A stretch of DNA of 64,000 nt from Chamberlinius hualienensis (taxonomy: Eukaryota), in contig BAAGAE010000033.1 in the NCBI GenBank assembly GCA_054772095.1, forward strand, positions 4,000,326 through 4,064,325, in the 5' to 3' direction. How positions within the stretch are numbered: position 1 is the stretch's first letter; every line of letters starts with the position of its first letter. The translations under genes and the position numbers were made by a program. Shown here piece after piece: positions 36,049 to 50,256 of this stretch. The notes under the pieces are model-generated. The model was not told the DNA's origin. It was given only the letters and a program-made list of their open reading frames with translations, and made no database searches.

Positions 36049-39000
36049 CAGCCGTCGCCTATCGATATGACGTCATGATACGGTTTGCACTAGCCAACTT
36101 ATAACTTATTGAATGACGTAGGTCGTTCCAGCGCCACACAGCGTGTATCCAGCGCTGTTATTCGTTCACCATGAATTGGCTTTGGTTGAGCTCTTCATTT
36201 GGCTTATGGTTAGCGCCATTTTAGCCGAGGCCAGAGTTAATGTTGGGCTTATGCCCAAAGTATCTTTCGGATGTTGCGAATGGTCGTCGTTTTCATTTCT
36301 CCCTTAATCTAAACCCACTTCCGGTTCCTCTTTCCTGTTTGTCTATGTTAACTTTTAGCTGTCTCTTTGTTTTTATTTATTTATTTTTTACTTTTATATT
36401 TGGTGTCTGGAGACAGATTAAATACGGAGCACCGAGGGGAGCTCTCACTGGATGGGAGCGAGAGATGCACAGCGCCCCCTATTGGATGCAAATTTAATAG
36501 AGAAATGGTAGGCGGGGCATTGGCTTTTATACGACTTTATTTCCTTCACTATTTTTTTTTGTTTTCTTTTTTGGCAACTGAAACACTTTTATCGATCCGA
36601 CCAATCTTCGATCAACACTTGCTTAGGCTTAGAGGCACATTTTAATACATAACATGAACAACTTGCAAACACACTTAACGCATTATTTACCAAACACCAC
36701 CCAATCTATTCATTTGCATAAAATGCCACATTTATTAATTCATGTTAGCATTAAATCCAGCTAACAGCTAATTTTGTTTCACTTTCTGTGGCTGTATTTC
36801 AAAGTTGGGATGGTGTTGACTTTAAAGTCGTTTCAAGAAAATGTGGAAAAGTTTTACATCATTTAACATCGTCACGTAGCATCAATTTTTTTTCTTTCTT
36901 GAAAATTTTCCAAAGTAAGGAAAAAAAGAAGTCAGATAATGACATCATAATTGTCACGGTGTTTAAAGCAAGTGGCTGATGAGTGTGAGAAGTAAAATAA
37001 TGATTTGGGCGAATGATTAATGAGAAGCTAATTGCAATTGAAAAGAAAAATGGATAGGTTGTCAAGGCGACAAGTGTACGATTGGATTACCGTAAGTCTC
37101 GTGCGATTTTGGCTTAAAGCGAATAATGGGCCAGATTCAATTTCGTCCTATGAATTGTTAATCGTCATTTTAATGGTTGTCGTAGATAGACAAAGAGAGA
37201 AGAACCTTCACTCTCAGTTGTATCGGTTGCTGCATTTTTTTCTTTATTAAAATTGTTGGTCCAATTTGATTGAGCAGACGACGACACAACAATCATTTTT
37301 TCTCATTTGCCAATTTTCTTATATTTTCTAAAGGCTATGTTCGCGTTGGCACGTCATTCTACAGAAAAGGCAAATTTAAAGAAAAGCACACACATCACAA
37401 CATATGCTTAAAGCAGTGTCTAACGTAGTTGAAAAAATCGCTTAAAGGCCAATCTGCTTCTATGCCGGCATTTTTTTGTTGTTTAGAAATAGAAAATTGT
37501 GCAACTTAGATAAATTAATTCGAAAAAAAAGTAATACATCGGATGTAATGGAAGGGATGAAAAAAAGTTAGCTAAAGCTGCAATCAGATTAAATTTGAAT
37601 GCAAACAAAAAAAAGCAAACCTCCTTAACTTTACTTTAAGGAAAGAAGAAATTTTGTTCTGCTATCAATTTGACGCTAAATTCACGGTAGAAAGCGAAAT
37701 TTAAAGTGCGATATCGTTTGGCTTGCATCCATCAAGGTGCATTCAGGATAAAAAGAAACTGGTGTACCGAGCATTATCATTCAGTGAACTTTTCCAAGAA
37801 GTGACCCAAAGTTGTCACCCTATTTCGGTACTTAGACTTTCTAGTATTCATATTTACCCCTTGGTCGTTAAGAGGACGCACAGTTTTGCTGAGACGAAAA
37901 ATAATTTGAGGGAGAGAACGATAGAAAGCGTCGTTGATCTTGCTTGATCTCTGCATTTGAAATAAGGCAACGCCCCCTAGCGGCTTCTGCCGATGATAAA
38001 TGCCTACATAAATCAAGGGGTAAGGTTAAGAATTCAAGATGGCTGATTGAGGGTGGTGGTGGTGGTTGTGCAATCTAGCACTCGCCTACTTCATATATAC
38101 ATGTTTTGCGCAAATCCAACGATTTCTGCATTGTCAAGCGCTTATAACAAACGCTATTTTTATTTATTTTTTACTATATTTATATGCAAAATCCAACTCT
38201 CGGAGTTTTGGAGAGAGATAGGAAAAAATGTTTTTCATGGTTTTAGCTCTCATGTCCAAAAAGTTTGGGCGTGCACGTACGTTTTTCGCAGTTCAAACGT
38301 TTAGTCTCCTTTACATTTCAAAAGTTAGATAAACTATTTTCATACGGTGATTTGTTATTTATTTTTTGTTTGGTTTGGAGAGTGGAAAAGAAAACAAAAT
38401 CTCATCCGATTTTGAACGATCCAATGCCATAGTCAGCCATTTTTATTATTTTTTCCTAATGTTAGTAGCGATTGGTTGATGCACAGTAATTCCTACGTAT
38501 ATATAAACTTATATAAAAAAAAAAACCCCAAATGGAGAAGAGAGTGAAAAAAAGTTTAAAAAAAAATGAGAAAAAGAAACAGAAAAACGGTTTGAATAAT
38601 GAATAGGAGACAGAAGGCTGTGGAAATCCCTGTTGAAGTATACATGAGAGCAATGCATGCTGGGTACATACGACACAGAGACCCTCTCGTCTCTCATATT
38701 TTTCTTTTCGTTTCTCCTTTGGGAAGATCAAAGAATCATTCTTTATGACCAAGTAAATTGTTGGCAACATTCTCCCTTCGAAAAATTGCAGTTTTGTTGC
38801 TGTTTTCGTGTTAAACAAAAAATAATTAATGATATAATTGTGGAGCAAATAAAGAAAGAACAACAGTACACATACTTACAAGCAAAAAAAAGAGGAAACT
38901 ACCTGACTTTTAATCGTCCAACGTAATTCCAGGAAATTTTAGAATCACTCGTAAATTAATGAATTAATTTGGCACACGCGCTGGTCAAGTTTTTAAACAT

Positions 39001-40656
39001 CCTTTGGGAGCACTATTAGTAGATGGATTTAGCCCATTTGTCTTGCGGTCAATGTAAATGAAAGTTTTCTACAAATAAACGGCTTAATCAGCGTTAATTG
39101 AGATTGTTTACATAAATAATTAAATATATACAGTATATACACCTGGTACCTGGTGTTTTACCGTCACGGTTTTACGAGCAAGTTTTATTCATTGATTCTT
39201 GGTAAATGAAAAGATTTGAAAAGAAGCATTTTCGACTAACGAAGAGTGTGTGGGAAGAAGTTGGGGGAGTAGTGAATGGGTCGTACGAAGGTATTGAACC
39301 GTAATACATATGCTTGACCTTCCCTTTGACTTATTGAGTGTCCACTAGCTTTCATCGGGGAATTCGGCTGGGTTTGTTTTCATTGTCTGTCAACAGCTAT
39401 CATCTTTAAAAATATAATAAAACCGTTTGTAAAATGTGGGATCTCATTTTTTTTGTGGGGTTGGGGGTATAAGCGCAAGTCAACCGCGCTCGTAGACTAA
39501 TTTTAAAAGGTTTTCCACTGCCTTAAACGCCTCTTCCACCTCACATCCCAAAACCAATAGAAGTTTCAACCGCTAGAGGGAGAGTAATGATGGGAAGATA
39601 AAAGAGAGAAAGAGGAAATCGGAAAGTGTTTCCGGTTATTTGAAAATGCAGAAATTCCTTCAATTTACTTTTTCATAAGCCTTGCCCACGGATGATTTGC
39701 TTTCTCCACCCAAAATAAGGGGCATCCCACAATTACAATCATAATGCCCTTCATTAAATAAGGCGTTTTGGTCAGCGTTAATACGGAGACGGCTTAATTA
39801 GGTGTGGTTAATTAGAGCTCTCAATTCATTAATGCTTATGTTTGAGGATAGATTAAAAAATATCGGATGAATGACGGAGGGGAGATATAATGAAGAACTT
39901 TTAGCCCCAGCCATCATAGTCGAGACTCAAGAGAGTGAAGGAAAGGAAATGTTCGACATAAGTTGGCGTGTTTTTTTTTATTAAACGAGCAGCAATTGGC
40001 TGAAACGTTTATAAAGATCAAAATGGAGTGGATTGCTTTTTTGCTTCTTTTGATTAAAATAAAACTAACCAAGCATTAGAGTAATGGGACGGATTTAAAT
40101 TCGGATTTTAAATTTGTGTGCTTGTACTGAAAAGTTGTACAGTATTTTCTTGTTATTTAGAGATGCTTTCTACTAAACTAAATCCTCACTAGATTACCAA
40201 AAAAAGATGCAAAATTGTTACTTGTTCTTGATAATTATCATTGTCGTAATCATTTTAAAAGCTTTATTAGGACGATGACTTGCTATTAAAAATAAACCTG
40301 CAAGTAAATGATAAATAAAACCAGCTTTAACATCTTTTAAATCGTTCCGACAGACAAACTAGTTTTCTTAAGTTATAATATTTTTAGGGGAAAATTTTAT
40401 TTTAACAATCTGAAAAGGATTTACACACTTGGAGAGCTTAACGGTATAATTTTCGACACAGTGCGTAATTTTCTCAAATATGAAATGGTTCCGTAGTCAT
40501 TTTCATGTTTATTACACGTCTGAAATTGATGCGAAACATGAAGTGTTATAATAATAATTGCTTGCCTACTTCGTACTCTTGCTATCTGAGAAGCAATGTT
40601 AGACTGAACGGATGATTTCGAGATTCATAAGAAGATGAAATGATGTTTTTTTTTTC

Positions 40657-40680
40657 CTTCTCTCTCTCTCTCTTTCTCTT
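40657..40680. repeat. (TC)n microsatellite
   Basis: ttccttctctctctctctctttctctt. Confidence 0.8.
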
Positions 40681-41229
40681 TTGTTGAAGGAAAAAAAAAG
40701 TCAGTGGGTGGGTTTGCGTGGAAGTGATGAGTACGCCAGTGGTATGGGCTAGATCTGATTCAAGTCAATTGTAAAAAATGAGGTTGAACAGCCTGTTCCA
40801 TAAAATTATACATTTCCACCCATCACGCAACCCTCCAAACTGAAAATGTCCGCCGCCATTTTGAGTCGGGGATTTTATTTTTATTTAACTTTTAAGTGGG
40901 TTTCCTTAGTAATCCTCTCGAGTTCTCCGATAGCTTGTCTGTGGGTCTGCAGGAGGTAAAATGTCTGACGATATGACGTCATTAACCATCCTTTTAACTA
41001 AAGCCCCGGTACACCAATTCATTGTCTATTGCAAAATTGATAGGAAAATATATTGATAAAAGAGGACATAAACGGGTAATGTAAGGCCACACAAAACTAG
41101 ATTATGTTTTTATGCATGAAGTTGTTATTTTGTTAAACAGGCAAACATAACATTGTTGTTATTGTGTGTTGTTGTTTTTTTTTTGTTGGTAGTGGTTGCT
41201 CTACTTGAGCTGCCATTGTAAAGCCGACG

Positions 41230-41700
41230 GCCATCTTTGAAAGTACCAAACAGCGAACCAAGTATGCGCATGCGTATATTTAGATTATTGATGGATTACA
41301 AAGGGATCAAGCATATTTGTGACATGACGCCGAAAGCGTTTTCCTTACTCGGCGTATTTACATCTTTACATGGAATTAAAGAAAATAAAAAAACCTTATT
41401 TTTATTCAAATTTATTCTTTAGGTTTTCAGAGCATGCGCAAACGCCATGTTGCTACCTTTTTTTTTTCTCCCCTTTTTAGTTCTTTTCCAAACTATTATA
41501 TCTAGTTTATATAACTTGTATATCTTAAGTATTTTTTTTTCATGTGGTAGTCATGGAGCCGCCGTATTTCAGCCGAAATACGCGCCGACGTCATTATCCG
41601 CTTTATGAACAACTTAACCGCTTTGTGGCGCATGCGCAAAAAGAGAAACATACGTAAAGATGAAGTATTATTTTCATTGAACGCCGCTGACGGCAATTTT
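41230..41700. promoter_or_regulatory. Cluster of three NRF-1-like palindromes (tatgcgcatgcgtat about 41262; gcatgcgcaaacgcc about 41437; ggcgcatgcgcaaaaa about 41626) plus a CRE gccgacgtcatt (about 41587)
   Basis: Motifs read directly. No convincing ORF. Candidate promoter of an unannotated or non-coding transcript. Confidence 0.3.
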
Positions 41701-42110
41701 TCTTAGGGAAGCCATCAGGCATGGGTTTGATCAGCTTATTTTTCACATTTTTTTTATTTTTACTATTTTTTTCTTCTGCAGTACAAGTAATAGCGTAGGT
41801 GAAGAAAATCGCTTTATATATAAATCTTGTAAGATTTTATGGATATTATCACTACCACTTCCGGTTACTTTATTAGCAGTAACAGCTGCAACCGTTTCGC
41901 CGCTAGAGAACAGAATTTTTAAAAGGCAGTTAATTAAAACGCATATGATGATGGTGTTGTTCCCAGTATGACGTAATAGTGGTCTCTACCCACACATTCA
42001 CGAATGTTAACTTATCTCAGCCATTAATGGCGTCGGGAAGGTCATAAAATTTGACGCCATGGATTAAATTAGCGCCGTCGATTCTTTGCCTCTTCCGGTT
42101 TCTTAAATAT

Positions 42111-42298
42111 ATACAGGGTGATTCATGACCATGTTGCCAAATTCAATGGGGCATATTGAGATGTAAAATAGACTAATACAGTACAGTCGAATCACATACA
42201 CTGTATACCGTATGGTAGGAATTTCTGGTCGCCGAGGTTACTCGCAATTGATACCGACCTTTGATATGCCTTTTAAATTTGAGAACTTGGTCATGAAT
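42111..42298. mobile_element. MITE-like element, family A (about 185 bp; imperfect about 18-bp TIRs gtgattcatgaccatgtt / aacttggtcatgaattac; begins CAGGG after tatata)
   Basis: Terminal inverted repeat identified by eye. Homologous copies at 29681, 47195, 50257 and a fragment at 25541. Confidence 0.6.
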
Positions 42299-43599
42299 TA
42301 CATCCATCGTCAGCTTAAAATACGACGAGTTAAACTGAGATTATACTATTGAACGCTCGTGTGAAACCGGCTTAAAATTCATTGGCATTTCTATCAGCAA
42401 TTAAATTCATGCTAAAATTTGTTTTACTATTTTTTTCGTTGTGACGTGAGATTGCAAAATCTCTTTTTAATATGTGCTACCCTCTAATGTAAATATTTCA
42501 TTTATCATCTCTTAACAAAAGGGATAACAAGGGCGCATGCGTGTTCCAACGGTTAATTTTTTATATGTACAGTATATATCCTTATGTATATGTATTAATG
42601 CGACATTTCATTGTTTACAAAAGAGAGAAATGGTTTTTCGTTAATTTAAATTCTCATAAGCTGGGGTTTTTTTTAAATGTTATTTTAAGTGCTTCCACCC
42701 TCTCTCATTTACCTCTATCACCCAATTCTATCACAGTTTTTCATAGTGTATATTTTTTCATTAACTCGTGACAATAAATGCTATTAAATGTTATTGAAAC
42801 ACCCGAGAAATAGATGCTAATGGCAGCTTAGAGGAAGAATAGTGTACGTTATCTTTCCTTGGCATTCTGACGTTATAAATGCACACTCATTTATAGCGAT
42901 GAATTATAACTGCGAAAATAAAATTTCCGGTGATTTATGAAATTGGCTTTTTAACCAGTCTTTAAACTACATTTATCCTTGATTAAGATCAAAACGCTCA
43001 CAAACAAGCTCTGATTATTCTACTTGACTTGTTAATGTAAAATGACATCACTCAACTTTTTCTGCAAGCCGAGCGAGTGAGTGATCACCACCTGGTTTAA
43101 TTCTCACGCGTAAACGTACAGGAACTTGCAGATGTGACTTTCAAACTGACCACCAGATGGTTTTATTCTTTTAGTTGTGAACTACTTTGCTTTTTCTTTG
43201 TGATATTTTGTATTTATTAATGTGACAGCGACGTCTTGCGGTGAACTTAGGCATAACATTGGTCATTTATCAATGTTGCATGCAAGGTCAGTATAATAGT
43301 ATATACAGACCTTGGTTACATGCACCAGCAGTTTTTCTGCCAATTGGGGATCTCTGTAAATATTCGGCTAAGAAGTGTAAAGGGACAGGGAGAAATATTT
43401 CAATATACTTAATAGATTCATGACGTAGTTTAGAAAATGCTAAAAGTATCTGTTATTGTTGCTACAAATTTAGTTGCAGTTTCATGTTTATGACTACATT
43501 CAATAAAAACGCACACTGATCGCTTATGAATAACAAGTATAGAACAGTTGTGCGTGTGAACATGGCTTGAAGTTTGGGGACTGAGTCTTGAGTGAAAAT

Positions 43600-43805
43600 A
43601 AATGACTTTTCATGTAAAATTGAGCTACATGTGTTGGCCTATTTTTTATGTGTTTAGTCCTTTTTTTTTTGGTTATTTTTTATCTCTCAGTTAAATTGCA
43701 GAAATGAATGATGAGTTGGGCTTAATTACAGAAGCGAACGTATGACGTCATTGCCCCTGAGGTCACATTGATAAGATAAAGACAAGTGAAGAACGATCAA
43801 CAAAA
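43600..43805 (+). promoter_or_regulatory. Putative PECR proximal promoter (palindromic CRE TGACGTCA at 43743-43750; AGGTCA half-site at 43760-43765)
   Basis: Motifs read directly and lie about 60 bp upstream of the PECR ATG. Function inferred. Confidence 0.3.
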
Positions 43806-43932
43806 ATGGCGTCTCCCACGTTGAAAGTTTCCAGCGTTCTTCGTAAAGGTTTATTCAACAACAAAGTGGCCATCGTCACTGGTGGGGCTACTGGCATCGG
43901 CCGAGCCATCGCATTGGAACTTCTTTACCTTG
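43806..43932 (+). CDS. PECR: PECR exon 1 (ATG 43806)
   Basis: [42 protein letters not shown](G) matches human [42 protein letters not shown]. Donor G|GTAATT. Confidence 0.9.
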
Positions 43933-44351
43933 GTAATTCAGGATCGTAGCTCTTAACCTTTAAGGCTCATGTCATATCTTACAGCTCAATGTTGTGCTGC
44001 TTTAACTTGCTGATGTGAAGTTGTTAATCTGAACGACATTTGAAAAGGTTCCCCGGTTTTTTTCATGTCAGACGTTAAAATGCAGTGGTATTTGGCAACG
44101 AAACAAGTTATCATGTTGTGTAGCGACATGAATTATGTCTTCTAGATTTGCATTTCATATGTCACAAAAATTTGCATTTATAATTTTAAATTAACATTTT
44201 TTCTCTCGTCTGAAAGTTATTGTGGAAAGCAGCTTTGAGCTGCAATTTTTTCTCATATAATTGATAATCGAGTGCTTTGGTGGTTATGAAAGGTTATTGA
44301 GTGACCTTTTGTTAAGAAAGTTATGTTGACCTCAAATGTTAATTTTTATAG

Positions 44352-44497
44352 GTTGCCGAGTGGTGATTGCATCGAGGAATGAAACTCGCTTGCGTCAGGC
44401 TGCTGAAGAGATGAATCTTCGTTTTCCACCCACTCAAAATAGTCCCCTTGTGGACAACTGCAAGCCAATACAATGCAACATCAGACAACAAGAGCAG
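44352..44497 (+). CDS. PECR: PECR exon 2
   Basis: CRVVIASRNETRLRQAAEEMNLRFPPTQNSPLVDNCKPIQCNIRQQEQ matches [44 protein letters not shown]. Confidence 0.9.
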
Positions 44498-45814
44498 GTG
44501 ACTATGTTTGAGTAGTTGAAGCGCCCCCTAGCGACCACTGTCGAGCTGTCATCACTACTCATAAGACATAATTAAGGCTGTGTTGTATGCAATTAATGGC
44601 TGTCATGATTTCAACGTTGAACATTAACATTTCGTCTGTACTTTTGCTTTAGTTTATCTTTGTTGAACCAGCTTCCTCCTGAGTGGCGAAGTGTGCTCCT
44701 CTTCTTTTAAATACTAACCATATGACATGGCGTGATGTCTGAAACATACAGACTATAAAATGAGATTATAAGCCACTTTGCTAATATTTATTTTTTTTAA
44801 ATTTCTTACACCTAAGATTAGTAGTGTATAAAGGAATGTATTTTACGAGGGGAGAAAAATCGGATAATAAATTAAAAATTTCAGGAAATTTTAAACGTGC
44901 TGGTATTAATGCATTTATGCAAATGCCCATTAGCATTTTTAGGAAAAAGAAAAGTGAGTTTTCGAGATATGTGGAAAACGACACTCGAGATTTAATAATG
45001 CATTTTTAGTAATTAAATTGCTTTTGTTGCATCCCGAAACGTACAGTATATTTTTCAAATGCATTTTTTAAACTGATGTGCAGCAGAGCAAAAAAAAAAA
45101 TTTAAATAATAAATGCAGTGCATAATGGTAGTCACTTTATAACTCATAAAATGCTGATCTAATATTAATATACCAATCTTTAGATATGAAATATATGTAT
45201 CTCTTAAATTAGAAGTTTGTAAATGACAACTTTATTTGCTCAAATAATTAATTTTTGCTATTACTGTACACAAATCTAATTTTTTTTGCTGTTGTTTATT
45301 AGTTGCATAGCGAATTTATCTTGAATTAATATTTCAACCATTACACAAAATTCAAGTTTATCTACTTTTGAGATCGAAAAAAAATGTACTTGGAGAAAAA
45401 ATATGAGACGTACAAATGTTTATTAGTGGTAAAAAAAAAAAAAAGAGTGTAAATTATCTAATGAAGCAGACTTCTTTCAAATCTTTTGCAATTAAGAGTT
45501 AAGTTAATTATGTTGATCTGACTGGAAGCACTGTTGCTTAGCAAAAATATCACTTACAAAATTATGTATTAGCATTCAGTTTTTTTTTTTTAATTTGAGT
45601 TTTTTTATATATAAAAAAAATTGTTTCGAAACATGTAAGGAAGATGGAAAAAATGAGTAGTTAAATTATAAACACTGGGTGATTGCAATTTCGCAAGCGC
45701 ATTAAAACTTGTTAGACTTCCGGTTGTCTATTAAACTTTTCCTTAGATGAATTTCATTCGCAACTGACAATTTGATTAATTTTTGGAAGATTTTTAATTA
45801 AACAGGGAAGGCGG

Positions 45815-46095
45815 AGCGCATGCGCGTTACGATTTTCATGAAATAAAAATTGATTTCGCCGTGAAATGAACGTTTTATAATTAATGAGTCGACTGCATTT
45901 GGGCCAGAACTATTAATATAAATTGCGGATTGACTACAAATGGAGGTGGCGCTTTTGGTTGTATACCGCCGGAAGTAGATTCAGTTGTTATTGTGAGTGG
46001 GACTTAATGGGTCTCATAGAGTAGACGCGCTACGTTAACTCATTTAATTAGGGTTTGAGGACGCCGTAGTAACCGGAAGTCAATGGGAAAATGCT
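45815..46095. promoter_or_regulatory. Promoter-like motif cluster inside PECR intron 2: NRF-1 palindrome GCGCATGCGCG (45817-45830) plus two GABP/ETS sites CCGGAAGT (about 45967 and 46073)
   Basis: Motifs read directly. Function inferred. Confidence 0.3.
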
Positions 46096-46482
46096 CCAAC
46101 TTTTGGCATTCCAGTCGTTTAGTTTTACCACAGTCGTTTGTTTGTCCGCTGGTTTATTAAACGTAACGTATTGGGCGTAGCCTCCTACTATATTATTGCT
46201 GTTGTATATGTTCGCTTCCGACAGAATCATTTTGAAAATCTGTCATGCACAAAAAATCTTAGATTTTAAAGGAAATGTCTGTTGGATTTGTAGTTGTACG
46301 TTGATGTTTCAGTCTTTCCGAGTACTTCGCTGTTTGTGTTGTAACTCTGATTGATTGGTATTTATCAGAGTACAATTCCCGTTTGGAGATCACGTGAGTT
46401 TGAAAAGCCAAAAGGCTTCAACCTAACTCACAACCCCACACACTTAGCAGTGATAAATAGTAGTTGCATATCCGAGTGTTGA

Positions 46483-46776
<294 letters not shown>

Positions 46777-47194
46777 TAACAGTTTTCATCTTTTTTTTTC
46801 CCTCGCTATACTTGAATGAACTTTACTTTTTTGCTGTCTTACACTCACATTATAATGCAAATGCGCGGGTTTGAAAACGTTAAAATTGAAACCTGTGTCA
46901 AGCTAGAAGTTGAGACGCATTTCAGTTCGACGTTGAAAAAGGAAGCTGCGATTTTACAAGTTAGTGTAGACTTTGAGGTTTACTTAAGTAGGATTATTTT
47001 GCATTTTAAATCTTCTTCTTATTGTATAATTTTATTAAGTATGTCTGACCTGAATAAATCTTAAACGACGGCTGTCTGGTTTTGATAAAGATGATAAAGT
47101 CTCTTAATATTACTGTATACCTTCCAGTAGTTTACATAATGAAATTAACCGATGACAATAGAGCGGTGTTTATGAAGTACGCCTACACAATATA

Positions 47195-47400
47195 CAGGGT
47201 GGTTCATGATCAACTTGCCAAATTTAAGAAGTATGCATGTATTAAAAAATATAATTAAAAAAAGTTACAGCTAATCAAACAACCCGCAGGGCCTTTGAGA
47301 CTCCAGTTATGAATCCTAGCGTTAACAATGCCTACGTCACAAAGTATTAACCACTCTATATTGGGAATCGGGTAGGCAAATATATTTGGCATGTGCAAAT
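47195..47400. mobile_element. MITE-like element, family A copy (degenerate 3' end) inside PECR intron 3
   Basis: Starts cagggtggttcatgatcaacttgccaaattt, which is homologous to the other copies. Confidence 0.45.
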
Positions 47401-49860
47401 ATTTAACCACATATTTGAATTAAGTCATATCGATGAAACGGAAATAGCAAATTCGAACGCTTTAAGTTGCTGTATTTTGTTTAATATTTAATTGGCAGCG
47501 GCTATTAAAAATCTTCTGAACTAAGTAGACTAATTACTCAGATAAAGTAAAAAGTCGGTGGATGTAAGTTAAAAGAAGAGGGAGAGAGTATATTTTTTCT
47601 TCAGCATATAACATTGCAGATATACTGTACATGACTATAACTTAGATTGGCAGCATAGAATACTCCAAATTTTAAGTTAACCTGACCTAATCTTCCTCAA
47701 CTAATGCATTAAATATGTTGGGGGGAGGGGACATCAGAAATACGTACCATATTTTCAATTTAACCTCCAGGTAAATTTATAATGAGTTCCTTAATTAGAC
47801 AAAAATGTTGTTTCGTCTGAGTTTGAAAGGGGATTTAAATAAAAAATACATTTTGCGGTTGTATAAACACTACATTTGATGCGTAATGGGACTTAACATA
47901 GTTTTGATGTGAGCTCTCTGATTTACTACCTCGTTGGTATGCTTTAACGTATGACATTATTGAAAAAGATTTTGCTTGGAATTTTAAATCGGAATATTTT
48001 TTAATGGGCTTATTCGATTCAAGTTGAAGAACTTAATCTAATTCAAAAATATATCTTAGTATGCTACAGTTGCATGCTCTGTTAAGTTTATAAATTCTTT
48101 ATTTTGATTCACAAAATAGGAAATGCTTACATGTCAGTGACAGTATCAAGAGTAAATTGTAAGATGAGAAAAAGGATTTTAATACTTCAATTTAAAAAAA
48201 ATGGATATACAGTATAAAAATTGCAGGCTCATGTTTATCATGGCTGTTTCACTTTGTTCCGTTTTATTTGTTGGAGAACGTTGTTATGTTTATATCTTTT
48301 CTTTCGATTCATTAAAAATTCATGCTCACTAAACAATGTGCATTTTAATTGGAGGATTTCTATATGCGGTAGTTTATTTTTTTTTAAATAAAAGGAAGAT
48401 TTTTACTATCTACTATGCTGTAGTGAACTGCTGGAATATAAGTAATTTTCTTTAAATATATGGATACTCATTTAAAAGTATTGATGGCTTGCAAAATACA
48501 ATCGAGTGTAACTTATTGACCTGGTTTTTTTTCCCTCGTTAAAATGCAAGTGAAACTCACAATAATGTGTTTCAATGGTTGTTAGCTTTCAAATTAAATA
48601 ATTGATTATTTGACTTTCTATTTCCAATTGCACAGTACTTATCTTTATTTAGATTACCTTTGAGTTTGGTACGGTAGAGTTGAAGAATTGCAAAAGTAAC
48701 CCAATTGTATTTGTAGCAATGACTAGGCGACTTAAAGAGAAATGTTCAGTGAATTGAAGCTGAATTTTAATCTTATTATTGTTTCACTATATCAATATTG
48801 GGCTTATGTCTCTGCCACCTATGGCTACAGCTGCTTCACATATGTGGATGTGGGAGGAAGTCGATGGACATTATCGATCTTAGACCGGAAGTGTATCAAC
48901 ACTCCTTAAGCCTTTCTCTCAAACTTATCGATTTCCTTATATATATACTGAATGTATACTTTTTATCTTCCAACAAAAACATTACTTTTCCACTTTCTTA
49001 CATAGTCACAATAAACACAAAATATGTGTAGATTATTATTTGCTGATTCTGCGGTTTATCTCCCATCTACCTGCAGCAATTGCTTATGCAAAATTGTCTT
49101 CTTTTTTTTCCAACTCTCGTTTCTCACCAACCTATCTTTTTGAAATATTTTTATAGATCTTACATTCAAAAGATATTTCAATATTATTTTTACACACCTG
49201 TTATACAGTTTATTTTAGGGTAGCTTTGTGTACTGTTAATAGTTTTTACCTAATTATACCTCCTTTTTGTGTGATTTTCTATGAATAATTAATAGTTTAC
49301 GTCATTGACTTTGAGGGCAATAAATAATTTCTTATTTACCATCTTATTCAGTGGGGAACAATTTACATTTTAAAAAAAGATGTATAAAATCCAATTTCCT
49401 GTCAGATGAGCAAAATGAATTTTATTTTCTCATCAAATCAGCCGATTCGTAGATCGATATTTATCAAAACTATGTATGGAAAGTCAATTTTCCACCAGTC
49501 TGTCAGCAAAGTGGTGATGGATTTAACATTATAGATGAAAATGGCTGCATTATACTTGTATAAAACGCGTTTTGCGATGTCCGTGGTAGAAAATGGCGTG
49601 TTACTGACGTCAGAGCCATAGCAGCGTTATTTACTAACGCTCAGAGGGAGTGTGCGCGTTCCCCAAGCGATTAAATGTTGGATTGGCACGTTTTCAATTT
49701 TAATTTACGTCGTCTGCTCCGTCTCAACTCAAACTCCTCTTTTTATGTTCCACCCACATTGAAAGTCTGTGCTTTGAAGTTTTCAATTAAGTCCGTAGAT
49801 TTGACCATTGTCAGCATCGCTCACACTTTTTTGTTTTCTATTTTTTTTTTATGATTGTAG

Positions 49861-49942
49861 TCTTTGACCAGTGGATGAGGGATCATGGAGGGGTCATTGT
49901 CAATATCACTGCGGAGGTGGAAAGAGGATTTCCAACAATGGC
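49861..49942 (+). CDS. PECR: PECR exon 4
   Basis: VFDQWMRDHGGVIVNITAEVERGFPTM(A) matches [27 protein letters not shown]. Donor GTAAGT. Confidence 0.9.
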
Positions 49943-50256
49943 GTAAGTACTTCATAACAATAGATATCGTTGCTACTTATAATCACAAATTTTGATTATC
50001 TTTTCGTTAAATTTTTCGCTTTAAGTTGTAATAGATTTTGCAAAGAGCGTTTTGTTTGCTTTTAACTTCTATATCTTAAAAAAATAAGACCTTTTGTTAT
50101 ATTTTAATTTTTATTTTATTCTAGCATCATATTATATCCTATACTGATAAAAGTGGCATTATATGCTGCGGTGAAAAGTAGTTGTAACACGGGCTTATTC
50201 TATTATTTTCTCTATTTCCTTTCTTGTATTTTACACATTTTGTACAGTTTAACATT

